From: Heterodontus francisci
Lineage: Eukaryota
Direction of reading: 5' to 3'
DNA: 64,000 nt
Assembly: GCF_036365525.1 (NCBI RefSeq)
Contig: NC_090371.1
Location: 180,858,101 to 180,922,100 of the forward strand
Shown here: one piece after another, positions 37,350 to 51,600 of the stretch
Numbering within the stretch: position 1 is the first letter of the stretch
Layout: the number at the start of each line of letters is the position of its first letter
Made by a program: the position numbers and the translations under genes
The notes under the pieces: generated by a model
What the model was told of the DNA's origin: nothing
The model's input: only the letters and a program-made list of their open reading frames with translations
Databases searched by the model: none

Positions 37350-40126
37350 GAAATGAAGACACAATGGGTTGGACTCAATTCCACACCTGGGAACCCGCCG
37401 TACAGTGAACGCTGCAATGAAGGATGTTCTGTCCAACGTGTTCACTCTCTTACGTCACCTTCTGATAGCTTGTTCAAATATTAACCCTGCATTGTTTTTT
37501 GAAAATGGTTTCACTGTTTAACCCTGTTGCACTCTAATCGTTTACCCACAGCTAAAGAAAGCAGTCTGACGTTTTTGTGAAACCTTATGCCAGGACTAAA
37601 GTTTCTTTCACATGGTGTTAGGTGTACGATTATTAAGAATAGACTCTTTTAGACTAGATTACGAGCAGAGAAAGGAGGGAGGGCAGGAAAGAACAAAAGG
37701 GAAAGCTGGTGACAGGGTTGAAGACAGGAGAGATTAAATGACAAAAGAGGTGATGGTGCAAGGTTTAAAAGAGATGGTAATGGAACAAGGAAAGAAAGAA
37801 AATCTGTGCATAGAGGTGTAAATGGGAAAGCAGAATCACCATCAAAAGATGCTGTCAAAAAATAGTGGGGGGGTGGGGGGTGCAGGGGAAGTTATGATCT
37901 GAAATTGTTGAACTCAATGTTGAGTCCGGAACACAGTAAAGTGCCAGTCAAAAGATGAGGCGCTGTTCTTCGAGCATGCACTGAGTTTGTTTGGCGCAGT
38001 GTAGGAGATTGAGGACACAAAGGTTAGAGTGGGAGTGGAGCAAAGAATTACTGTAATATGACATTGTATCAAACTAATTTACAAACCAAATTTGGTGCAA
38101 TCTTCCTTTAGCTGCTCAAATCCTCTTGATGTTCTATGTGATATATTGATGGCAAGATATGGATTTTAATTTTTGACCAAATGTATTTCCAGTTCCAGTT
38201 TGAATGAAAACTTTTTTTATTAAAAGCCAAGAACAATTGCTTTTCATTAAAATTGGTGCTATTTTACTGCACTGACATTTAAACTGGAACCTTGGGATTT
38301 TCTCAATAACTCACCAGACCTTTGGATCAATCCAAAACTAAAGTCTTTGGAAGCAATTTCTTTATAGAAATCATCTTGTGTATAAAATACCTACCTTTGA
38401 GGAGGTAGTGCTGCTTAATATTAACTGGAATAAGTGGCATTTATAATTAGAAGTAATTTTTGGTCAGTGATCAGTAGAAACATTTTGCAATGAGGGATTT
38501 CACTGACTGGGTCTTGTTGACTGAAAGCCTCAAAGGCTTTGTGTAAAAATTGTGTTGAATATCACTCAGGAAAATTGCTACACGTGATTGAATTGTGTGT
38601 GAATCAATCTTTTGAGTTTTTTGTACCTTTATCCTCAAATGTATTTGAGTGATTCAAATAAACTAGATTTCTTATGAAGAATGTGTTGTCACAGTTTCTG
38701 AATCATCAGCAAAACAGTTGTTTGTTTCTCCAGTAGATAAATTTATTGGAATGACCAATAATAATAACCTGTTCGGGCCATTTCTTAAACAATGATAAAG
38801 GTGCAGGATATTTGCAGTGTTGCAGATTTCAGATCAAATTCTGTGAAATCTGAAAGTGTTTTTTATGGAGTCTGTTTAACTTTCCTGTTCCCTCACCCAC
38901 ACCCCCATGCACTGCTGGAACGGGATGAAGGGGTTGTTAAGATGTCAGCTTGGTGGGGAGGGGGGCAGAGACGGTGGTGTGGACGCACCTTCCATTGTAA
39001 CTCATCTGCAAACTGCCAGGCAGGGTCTGCTGTGCACTGAACTTCAAATCTGGAAGATGACAGGCCCGCATGCAGCCAAAACTAAATCATTGCAGGATTC
39101 AGCAGGCAGGCTAGATAAAGCCATGTTAACTAGTTTTCTTCATCCCCACCTTCATCCACTCCCTCAAGGAGTCCTTGGGCCTCTCTTGCCCTGGTCTTGC
39201 TTCTCCCTCACATTAACAGTGTCTCCTCTCAACCATCTCCCCAAACCAGCACTGACTCTGGCTGGTGACTGTTTCCCTGGGACCCTGCTGGCTTCAAGCT
39301 CCCACTCAAATTCCCAGTCCCACCCACCAGCCCTGACCCCACCCACAGGTTTTCGGCTGGTCTCAGGGCTGCACTATACAAATGATGCCCAGATATTAAA
39401 ATGGCGAGGGCTACACGCTCAACTTTCTATGGGGTTTCCCTTCCATTCGCAAGCCGCCTAGGCTGAATCTACCCCTGTAAGAGTTGATTTCTCCAGAGTG
39501 AGAACCTGTCAGAAGTAATATTTTTATTACATCATCTTATGTGTGGGGAGAGAGGCAACATCAGTTTAGGGATCTTTGATGTTCAGTAGCAGGATGTTGA
39601 TTGCTCCCTATTTAAATACGACAATAACCAATGAACAGAAGGTGCTCCAGTTTAAGATCTACTCTTCCTGGACCATTATTTCTAAGAAAGCCAAATCAAT
39701 TCTGGAATCTTAATTGAGCTGATGCCTTGCTATTGTTTTTTAGATTTTCTACTTAGATTATCAAATGTCCCAAATGACATCCTATATGTGACCATGGGAA
39801 ACTATTTCTCTCCATTCTTCTCAGGCAGCAGGAGGGGACTAATCTCCGAATGATCAGGCGAGCTGTAGAGCTGGGACCAGCGCAGAATAATGATAAAATA
39901 ATTTCAATGACCATTGTAGTGGCAGCTGCTGGCTAGGTCACATCCATGTCCTGAAAACCCAAAGCCTACTCTGCTCAGGGCAGCACAATTCCTGGAAAGG
40001 GTCCAATTTTGGGTTGTCTGTTTTTCAGGCTTCCTTCAGGTGGATGATATTGCATCCTGAAATTAACCCCATTTATGCCTGTTTTATACTTGTAAAATGG
40101 GCTAAACAAGGAACAATTTCTACCTC

Positions 40127-40344
40127 TGTTACGACCAGGTGAGAAAAGAGGTCTACGGGTTCCCTCTTTAGTTTCCCCTGAGTGAATTCTTGTTCACTGC
40201 TCTCCAATTGTAATGGCAAAGAAATCAACCAGACAGGTGTTCTCAGATTTAAACAAGAAAGGTATAAGTTTATTAATTTAAAACTCTAATTCGGTTAATA
40301 TTACTAAAAATACTCAACGCGACCACCCTAGCACGCATGCACAA
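40127..40344 (-). mobile_element. Terminal part of the same LTR, cut by the assembly gap
   Basis: Matches 16028-16245 and 58512-58729 and stops at the Ns. Confidence 0.9.
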
Positions 40345-40357
40345 NNNNNNNNNNNNN
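40345..40357. other. Assembly gap (13 N)
   Basis: 13 Ns in the sequence. Confidence 0.99.
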
Positions 40358-42593
40358 TTTCATTGGCACAAAATTGCAGTGTACCATATTGTGATAAAAA
40401 GGGGAGCAGGAATGGGCTGAATAATTACAGGGCAGGCAGCCTGAGAGATGGACAATTCTTTTTTGATGAGGTAACAAGAAGGGTCGATGTGGGTAGAACA
40501 TTTGATAGAGTCGATATGGATTTTAGCAGGACTTTGACAAGGTTCCACATGGCAGACCTGGTCAGACAAGGAACAGATCTTGGGATCCAAGGGCGAGTAG
40601 CTCGTCAGTCGGAACCAAAATTAGTTGAGTGGCAGGAGCATAGGGTAATGGTCAACGGTGTTATTTCACTTGGATGGCTGTTTCCAGTGGGGTTCCAAAG
40701 GACTCAGTACTGGAACCCATGCTTTTGTGCTATACATCTATGGGCAAGAAACCTGCAGACAGTAGAAAAATCAATTGTGTGGTTAACAGAGAAGAATAAA
40801 GCTGTAGATTGTAAGGAGATAATAACGAACTGGTCAGGTGGGATGAAGAGTGGCTGATTGAATTCTTTCTGGATAAATGTCAGGTAATCCATTTGGGGAG
40901 GGCAAACAAGGCACGGGAATACACAATAAATGGTAGGTGAAGGAAAAGTATAGAGCAACAGAGGGACATTGAAGTCCATATCCACAGATCCCTGAAGGGG
41001 GCAGGACAGGCAGATAAGTGGTTAAGAAGGCAAATTGGATAGTTTGCATTATTAGACAGGGCATAGAAAATAATAGCAGAGAGGTCATGATAGAACTCTT
41101 TAAAACACTAGTTAGGCCACAGCTGGAATACTGCATGCAGTTCTGATCACTGCATCACAGGAATGATGTGATTGTGCCAGAGAGGGTACAAAGGAGATTT
41201 ACCAAAATGTAGCCAGGAATGACCTGGACATCAGTGGCACACAACAATTTGGACATTGTTCCATTAGATGTGGTACACCTTTATTAAACCACTATGCAAT
41301 AGCGCATACTTACGATAATATTGGTTGCTTAGCAGCCCTGCCGCCTGGAGTCTGTCTCGGTCGTCAATCCGCCGATGAGGCTTTCATGCGCAACTGTCGG
41401 ATGGCTGACCACATCACCCTAACCACTGCAGCAAAGATGTTCCTGTGGGCTCTTTCTTTATCTCTTTTTGTGCTATGGTCCTGTGCCATATAAGTTAAAC
41501 CTGTCATCGACTACTTCAATTAGTCTAGAATTACCTCACTGTCCTTTTCCAACTGACGTCAGTTCCTTGTCCAGTCGGTTTCTGCCTTGGGCTTCATGCA
41601 GGAATTTCAAGGCCCACGCTTGAGACAACAAAGCAGCTTGGATCCGCTCTGTTATCTCTAACACTGTTATCAATCTCCAGGATGGTAGTCAGGCATGTTT
41701 ATTAGTTCTTAATAAGCAAAAGCCTATCTCTCCTCGGATGCAAGCACTTCTGGAGTTTAGTTCATTTTGTAGGATTTGTTAAGTCTGGCCAAGCTTTGTC
41801 ATGACCAAATTGACCATCCTGCCTTGCGCTTTCAAGCCCACAATACAGTTCATTAGATGTCTTCAGTCGGGTGCTTCGATGTTCCATGTTGCTACCATGA
41901 GACAGACTCCACACACACAGCTCTCCACCACAACTGGCCTGCATTAATGAATACAAAAGAAGCAAAGGAACAGTTGCACAGTTATAAAGTTATTGCACTT
42001 GAAACGGTAATGTTATGATCAGGTGAGGAGGGGTCGAAAGGCTCCCCTCTTGTCCCTTTTCTTGTTTGATGCAACAGGTTTTATTTCTTTTAAACAGTGG
42101 ATGTGCTTACCAATTCAATGTATGTTTAACCCTTTTATGTGCTCTGATCATAAAAGAACCAATCGGACAGGTTTTCTTGAGGTTAAACAACAAAGAGGTT
42201 AGTTTATTGTACTTAAAATCAAAACACAATGTAAGTAAAAATAATAAACTATGCTCCAACTTTCATACACACACACACACACATGAGAATCACACACACA
42301 CAAATAGGTTAGAGAGTAATGAAGAATAGATTGGCTGGATTAGAGCTCAGAAATAAAAAAAACAGTAGAAAGAACAAATAAAAGAATATACAGTCTATGG
42401 AGTCTAGTAATTCAGTGGTCCACTGGATGAGCTCGTGATCCTCATGTTTCTGGCTGGTAGAGGTGGCCACCTGGATCAGAGTTTTCTTACACATTGTGAT
42501 GTAGATGGTTCTCTCCTGGAGTCTTTGTCTGCAGCACTGATTGACTTGGATGTTACATCTGCCTGCAGATAGGGTTGATCTCACAGTGTTGCC

Positions 42594-42631
<38 letters not shown>

Positions 42632-45600
42632 CCACTTGGATCCTGCACAGATTAAAACTCAGAAGCTTCTCTGATGTAGCCAAAAATGGACTCCAAGTTT
42701 TCACACAGATGGAGAGACTGTCACATGACTGTCCCAGTGTATTCTCTTTTGCACTTTAATGAGATCCAAGTCTGATAATTCCAATCTCTCTCAGGTCTTA
42801 TTGTTTCAATGTGTGTACCCCTTGAGGTTCGTCTCCACTTGTGCTAATGTTCCAAGATGGCTTTGAATGTCTTGCTAATGAAGTTGATACCCGGTAGCTC
42901 ATTCAACCCACTCAAATCATTGTTCCGGCATATGTCTACACCTTTCAATGCAAATTGCGGTGGTCACCTTAGCTACTTTCTTTTTAAAATTTGAATTTAG
43001 GTTCTCAACCAATGAATTAAAAATAATCATTCAGCATAGCATGTTCATGACATTAAAAAATATGTTGGCTTACAGACCACGGAGAGCGACCCGTTTTAAA
43101 AATAGGACAACTTCTGTTGGGTTCGCAGGTCTTGGTTTGTGGAATGTTTTATAAAGTCCAGTAAAGCTTGGCACACAGGGACAGACAGTTGGTTGGTTAG
43201 ATATTGTAACATTTTCTGTAACATTAAAGTAGAATTAATTAAGACACACAAGCAGAAGGGAAGTAAGAAGCTGGTGAGTATACTGTTTTGTTTTTTTTAG
43301 GCAGTAAGGTGTATAGTATTACCAAGGTTTAAATTAGTCCAGTAAGTGCTGGTGAGGAGAGGCATTAATTAAAAACAATAAATTCAGAAAATAATTAATT
43401 AGTTAGTTAAAACACAATCAGGATGGGAGGGCAGGTGATGTGTTGCAGCTGCAGTATGTGGGAGCTCGTGCACACCAATGTGAATCACTGCAACCATGTC
43501 GGCAGTGTTTAAAGATGGAGGAGCTTTGGCTCAGAGTCAATCAGCTGGAGGCCAAGCATGCATCAGGGAGGGGGAAAGTTATCTGGACACTTGGTTCCAG
43601 AAGGCAGTCACATCCCATAGGATAGGGTCATCTGTTTTGTCAGTGGTCAAGGAGAGGAGGATGTGACTGCGAGTAAGGCAGGTAAGGGGACTGAGAAGGC
43701 AGAAGTGGAGAAGCCTCAGCCCTTGCAGTTTTCCCACATGTTTGAGGTTCTTTCAACTTGAATGGATAAAAGCAAGGGCTGCAGGGTGGATGGGAAAACT
43801 AACCATGGCACCGTGGTACAGGAAGCCATTCAAGCAGGGGGAGAGAATAGGAATGCAGTGGTAGTAGGAGATAGTATGGTCAGGGGATTGGCACAGTTTT
43901 CTGCAGCTGAGAGTAACCGTCCAGAAGACTGTGTTGCCTGCCCAGTGCCAGGGTACAGAACATCTGCTCAGGGCTGGAAAGGAACCTTTGCATCTTCCTC
44001 ACAACATACATTCCCACCTAGTTTTGTGTCATCTGCGAACTTGGAAATACTAAATTTGGTCACCACATCCAAATCATTGATATATATTGTGAATAGCTGG
44101 TGCTCAAGCACTGATCCCTGTGGTACCCCACTAGTCACGGCCTGCCAATGCGAGAATGACCCGTTTATTCCTACTCTCTGCTTTCTGCCTGTTAACCAAT
44201 CCTTAATCCTCACCAGTATATTACCTATATAAAAAAAAAGAAATGCTTGAAATACTCAGCAGGTCTGGCAGCATCTGTGGGCAGAGAAGAAGAGTTAATG
44301 TTTCCTTCTGAAGAAGGGTCACTGACCTGAAATGTTAACTCTGCTTCTCTGTCCACAGATGCTGCCAGACCTGCTGAGTATTTCCAGCATTTCTTGTTTT
44401 AATTTCAGATTTACAGCATCTGCAGTATTTTGCTTTTATTCCACTGCATGACCTCCAATCCCACGTGCTTTAATTTTGCTAACCAACCTTCTGTGGGGGA
44501 CTTTATCAAAAGCCTTCTGAAAATCCAAATATACCATGTTCACCAACTCTCCTTTATCAATTCTGGTAGCAACATCCTCAAAAAACTCCAACAGGTTCGT
44601 CAAACATGATTTCCCATTCATAAATCCATGTTGACTATGACCAATCAGATCATTATTATCCAAGTGTCCATTTATCACATCCTTTAGAATAGATTCTAGC
44701 ATTTTCCCCAACGACTGATGTCAGGCTAACAGGTCAGTAATTCCCTGTTTTCTCTCTCCCTCCTTTCTTAAATAGTGGGGTGGCATCTGCGATCTTCAAA
44801 TCTGCAGGAACCGCTCCAGAATCTATAGAATTTTGGAAGATGATCACCAATGCATTCACTATCTCCATAGCTACCTCTTTCAACTCTCTGGGATGTAGAA
44901 TATCAGGTCCTGGGGACTTAGCAACCTTCAACCTTCTAATACTAATTTCCTTCAATTCCTCATTTCCCTAATCCCTTGGATCTCTACAATTCTGGGAGAT
45001 TTCTTATATCTTCCTCAGTGAAGACAGACACAAAGTAAACATTTAGCTTCTCTGCCATGTCTCTATTCCCCATTATAAATTCTCCTGACTCTGCCTGTAA
45101 TGAGCACACATTTGTCTTTGCCAAGTGTTTCCTTTTTACACTCCATCTTTATATTTTTTGCTAGCTTACATTCATATCCTGTTCTCCCTTTCTTTACATG
45201 CTTCTTCGTCCTCCTTTGCTGTATTTTAAAACCTCCCAATCCTAAGATTTACTACAATTTCTGGCAACCTAACAGGCCTTTTCTTATAATCTTATACAAT
45301 CCTTAACTTCCTTTGTTATCTACGGTAGACTGCCTTTACTTTTGTGCCTTGAAGGAATGTATAGTTGCTGTAAGCTATGTAATATTTCTTTAAAACTATC
45401 CATTGTACTGTCACACCTTTTAATGCATTTTCCCAATCCTCCTCAGACAAGTTGCCCCTCATACCTTCATAATTTCCATTGTTCCAAGTTAACACCTTGG
45501 CTTTAGATTGAACTACCTCAAGTTCAAACATAATGGAAAATTTTATCATAATATGGTCACTCATCCTTAAAGGTTCTTTTACAACAAGATTATTAATTAG

Positions 45601-48600
45601 CCCTTTCTCATTACATAAAACTATACCTAAAATAGCATGTTTTCTAGTCGGTTCCTCAACGTACTGCTCAAGAAAACCATCCCAAACACGCTCCAGAAAC
45701 TCGTCCTCCACAGCATTAGTGATCATTAGTTTTACCCAATCTATATGTAGAATGAATTCACCAATGATTACTGTATTTCTCATGCCACATGCTTCTTTAA
45801 TCTCCTGATCAATACCATGCCACACACTACCACTACTGTTTTGTGGCCGCAAACAACTCCTACCAATGTTTGCTGCCCCTTTCTGTTTCTTAGCTCCACT
45901 CAAACAGATTCCACATTTTGTTCTACTGATCTGAGATCCTCCCTTACTAATGTACTGATCCCATCCCATATTATCAGCACCTCCTTTTCCTTTTTGCCTG
46001 TCCTTCCTAAATGTTCTTGAATATTCAGTTCTGAGTCTTGATCACCCTGTAGCCATGTTTCTGTTGCGGCAATTAGATCATACCCATTTACATCTATTTG
46101 GACCTTAAAATCATCTGTTTCGAATGCTGCGTGCATTAAGGTAGAATGGCCTTCACCTTGTCTTTTTGACATTATTCTGCATTCTAAGCCTAGTTGATGC
46201 TCGCCTTTGTTTTCCTACCTTCTAATGTCACTTGCTACTTTTCTACCTCCTGGTACCAGCTTTACCTCCTTCCAATTTGAGCTACCCCTCAGGTTCCCAT
46301 CCCCTGTCAAGCTAGTTTAAACCCTCCCCTACTGCACTAGCAAATCTCCCTGCGAGAATGTTAGTTCCGGTCCTGTAAAGGTGTAGCTCATCCATCTTGT
46401 ACAGGTCTCATCTACCCCAGAACTGGTCCCAATGCTTCAGAAATTTGATGCCCTCCCTCCGACACCAATTCTCCAGCCATGTGTTCAATCAATCCATCCT
46501 CCTATTCCCATGATCACTAGCATGTGGCACTGGGAGTAATCCTGAGACTACTGCTTTTGAAGTCCTGCTTTTTAATTTCCTTCCTAACTCCCTAAAATAT
46601 GCTTTCAGGACCTTATCCTTCTTCCTACCTATGTCATTGTGGACCATGACCACTGGCTGTTCACCCTCCCCCAGATGGATGTCCTGCATCCGCTCCGTGA
46701 CATCCTTAACCCTGGCACCAGGGAGGCAGCATACCATCCTGGAGTCACATTTACTGCCGCAGAGACACATGTCTGATCCCCTGACTATTGAATCCCCTAT
46801 CACTATTGCTCTGCCACTCTTCTTCCTCCCTTCCTGTGCAGCTGAGCTACCCATGGTGCCACAGACATTGCTCTGGCTGCACTCCCCCGGGGATCCATCG
46901 CTCTCACCAGTGTCCAAAATGGAAAACCAATTAGCAAGCAAGATAGACTCAGGGGACTCCTGCACTGCCTGCCTGGTTCTCTTAGACTGCCTGGCGGTCA
47001 CCCATTCCCTCTCTACCTGCATGCTCCCAATCAGCAATGTTACCACCTCTCTAAGCATGCTATTCGCGTAGTCCTCTGCCTCGCAGATACACAACAGTGA
47101 CTCCAGCTGCCGCCCAAGTTCTGAAACCCGAAAGCGACTGAACGTACAAACCTAAGAGCGTGCCAGCAGATAAGGCTAGAGGTTGTAAACTAACAGAGTC
47201 GGGGAGGGTTCAGGTGACGGGAGATTTACAAATCTGCAGAGAAAGGTCGAGGCATCCGAATAGTATAGCATTGTGGGTAAAGATAGGAAGGGACAGAGAG
47301 TTTAACAACATTTGTACATCAGCGAATAGGGGAATAGAAGTTAAAAAATTGAAATCAAAGGTTCGTTATCTGAATGCATGAAGCATCTACAAAATGATAG
47401 ATGAACTAATGGCACAAATGGAGGTAAATGATTTAGATCTAATTGCCAGTACAGAGACATGGTTACAAGGTGATCAAGGTTGGGAAATAAATATTTCAGG
47501 GTGCACAATATTTCAGAAAGACAGACAGAATGTCAAAGGAGGATGGGTATACTTGATAATAAAGGATGACATAAGGACATTAGTGTGAAAGGATCTGGCC
47601 TCAGAAGATTGTGAAGTAGTATCAGTATGGGTGGAAATTAGGAGTAGCAAGAGTCAGAAAACATTGGTTGGAGTAGTTTATAGGCCCACTAACAGTAGTT
47701 ATAACTTTGGACAGAACATTGAACAAGAACTTATTGGAGCTTGTAACAAAGGCAATATAATAGTTATGGGGCTCGTTAATCTTCATATAGACTGGGACAA
47801 TGAAATTGGCAAGCGTGGTCCAGAATATGAGTTCTTAGAATGTTTGCGGGACAGTTTCTTGGAGCAATACATCATGGAGCTGACTAGGAATAAAGGTATC
47901 TCAGATCTAGTATTGTGTAATGAAGCACGGTTATTAGTAATGTCATAGTAAAAGATCCACTGGGAAATAGTGATCATAATACAACTGCATTCCATTTAAA
48001 ATTTGTAAGTGATATACTTCGCTCACAAACAATAATCATAAATTGAAATAAAGCCAATTACATAGGTATCAAGGGAGAACTGGCTAACGTAAATTGGGTA
48101 AATAGACTAAAAGATATGGCGGTAAATGAACAGTGGGAAACTTTAAAAGAAACAATTGAAAATATTCAACAAAAATACGTTCCATTAAAAAACACAAACT
48201 CAGCAAGTAAGACCCATCTGTGGCTCACTCAGGAAGTTAAGGACAGTGTTAAATTAAAAGACGAGGCTTACAATTTTGCAAAAGAGAAGCAAGTCTGAGT
48301 ATTGGGAATGTTTTAGAAACCAGCAAAGGACCACCAAAAAGTTGATAAAAAAGTAAAAAATGGAATGAGAGTAAACTGGTCAGTAATATAAAAACAGATT
48401 GTGAGAGCTTTTATAGATATATAAAAAGGAAGAGAGTAGCTAAAGTAAACGTTGGTGTCTTAGAAGCAAAGACAGGAGAAATGATCATGGGGAATGAAAA
48501 CATGGCAATGAACACATATTTCGTGTTGGCCTTCATAGTAGAAGATACATGTTTCATTCCAGAAATAGATAGTAACCTAGGGGCTAAAAAGAGTGAGGAA

Positions 48601-51600
48601 ATTAAGGAAATTCATATCTGTAGAGAAAAAGTATTGGAAAAACTAAAGGGACTAAATTCCAACAAATCTGCAAGACCTGAGGTTCTAAAAGTGATAACTG
48701 CAGACGTAGTGGCTGAGCTAGCTATGATTTTCCAAAATCTCATTAGATTCGAGAACGGTGCCATCAGATTGGAAATTGGCAAACGTTACACTGCTTTCCA
48801 AGAAAGGAGGGAAAGAGAAAACAGTGAACTACAGGCCAGTTAGCCTAAGACCAGTCATTGGGAAAATGCTGGAATCTATTATTAAGAAAGTTTTAACAAT
48901 TCGCCTAGAAAAGCACTGTGTATAATTAGAACAAGTCTACGTGGTTTTATGAAAGAGAAATCCTGTTTGACAAATTTATTAGTGATTTTTGAGGATGTAA
49001 CTCATTGGGTATATAAAGGGGAACCAATAGATGTAGTATACCTGGATCTCCAAAAGGCATTTGTTAAGGTGCCACACAAAAGTTTAATAGGCAAGATATG
49101 GGCTCATGAGTTAGAGGTAATATATTAGCATGGATAGAGGATTGGTTAATGGACAGAAGGCAAAGGGTGGGCATAAACCAGGCATTTTCTCATTGGCAGG
49201 CTGTGAATTGTGGAGTGCTGCAAGGATCAGTGTTGGGCCTCAGCTATTTACAATCTATATTTATGACTTAGATGAAGAGACAGAGAGTAAAGAATCTAAG
49301 TTTGCTGATGATACAAAGATAGGTGGAATATTAAGTTGTGGGGAAGACACAGAGAAGCTGCAAAGAGATAGAGACATGTTAAGAGAGTGGGCAACAAGAT
49401 GGCAGATGGAGTATAATGTAGGGAAGTGTGAAGTTATTCACTTTGGTCATAAGAATAAAAGAACTGAATATTCTCTAAAAGGTGTGAAACAAGGAGGCAG
49501 ACAAACATCTGTGGAGCATTAAAAGTTATCTCAATTCATCAGCAATCATTGCTAAGGTCAAAGGAGCCTGTGATTAAGAAACAACAGGCACGGGTCAAAG
49601 GTGAAACACCCTGTGTGCAGTTATGATTCTGCTGTCCAGTTCCTCACCACCTCTATAATGACTGCTGAATCAAGGGGGTTCTGCAACCAATGCTTGCAGG
49701 GGGCATTGTCCTCAGTGCACTTCAGAGGATCATAGATTGGCACTGCAGCATGGCTGATGATTATCATCCCTGCACATGTATAAATGCTGTGCTGCATGGT
49801 AGCTGCTGGTATTTGCAGCATTTGGCACAGCGTGGTATTTTCCCATGTGTTGATCCAGATCCTGAGAAAGCAAATTAACCAAGTCATCCCCAGGTACATT
49901 TGTCAGGTTCAGCAGAATGGCTGGTGCCATTTTTGTGGCAGAGCTCCGTTCATGCAGTTGCCTGGAAAGCATGGTGTTCTGTAAATGTGGTGCCTCTGCA
50001 AACCTTCAAATTTAAGGATGAGGCAGATACTTTGTATCTCATTGTGATGCCACTGGGAGTCCGCTGGCACAGCTGTCTTTGGAAAGAGGCCCCTTTCCCC
50101 ACCTCCATCAACACACTGTTTTCTGTAGTGAGGTATTCTACTTGTCTCTGATGATGTGGCTGTGCAGAGGGCAGTGGGAGGGCACACAATAATTCTCTGC
50201 TCCTCCAAAGCTTGCAGGATTCCTGGGGGTCGTGCTGTACATCAGTAAGAAAATCAAGTGTGGTGTAAAACAGCGATTTGTTATCGTCTGTTCTGTGCCA
50301 CTGTCGAAGACCAATTTCACCGGCTTGGTGGTCTGGAAAATGGCACGGCATTCCAGCCGTCACCTTTAACTGTTTAAATATTTAAATGCCATCTGGAATG
50401 ATTAGCAGATTTGATATCTAGAATATTCTTTATTCATTACATTTATCTCATGGCCAAATTCCAACTGGGTATGTTGTTGAGCCTCAGGAAAACCTGGCTG
50501 CCAAGTCAAACCATCAGAATTTGTTAGGAACAAACTATTAATCAAAATTATTTTGCAATTCTGCCAGATTGCCCACGATGTTGCAATCTCTTCTGCCTGC
50601 GTGCAAGCCCCCCTCACCCCTTCCTGCTCACTGCTGCACGGGAGCAAATTCAACTTTCACCCATGAGCCACTTGGAGTATAAAATAATCTGATTTCCTGG
50701 AATTCACACGGGTTCACCATCGCAGACTGCTGTTTGAATGAAATCTGACTCTGGAACTTCCTCAACCACTGGACAAACCCAGGGGGAGGAGTCACCACAA
50801 CAGCTGCCTCAACACTTTACAAATCATAAACTGAGCCGTGAATCACCTCCAGACGCCCCTGAAGCTTTTATTTCATCCCTGTCTTGCTTGTGAACAGTGA
50901 CTGTGTGATATCAGCACAGGTCCTTGTATATAACTAACTGATCTCTCATGGTGTTGCTCTGGTTAACATGGCCAGGTGTGTGAAGGGGATAAGACCCGGC
51001 TGTGAAAACATTGGTGAGGGGATTCACCTGAAGTTTGGTATCAATGGGATTGTAGAATGTGGGGATTGGGTCAGCAGCTGATTCCTAGTATTTGGGAGAA
51101 GTTTCAGTGCGGAGGGTAATACAGCTCCGGAGGTGGAGCATGTTCCAGGGTTCTGCAGCATTTGAGGGAGGTGCAGAACTGGAAATGATTCCAGGTTCTG
51201 GCAGCAGTCAGAAGTGGATAACATGCATTGTTGTGGATCTAACTGCATGGGATAGGGAAAATGTAAGCGGTCTGCATGCAGTGAGGAGTGGCCACCTAGC
51301 ATCTGGATAGAAGTTGGCAGATTCTTGACAGCACTGTGCTGGTTTCCAAGAAACTGGGTGTGGTGGTTTGTACATCTGGGTCAGTCAGCACTGGGGATGG
51401 AGCGTCCCAGGGTGTGAGGAATATGATGGCTTCTGTCGCATTGGAGCGGGCCTGGGGTCTGTAAAAAAGATCAACACCTGAAGCCTAGTGAGAATGGAAG
51501 CAGCAGGTCTGCTTGGTTGAAAGGGGATTTATGAGTTTGGGCCAGGTGAGATAGCCTGTGGGAGATGAGGCAGGAGGATGGTGGGGAGGAGGGGAGGGAG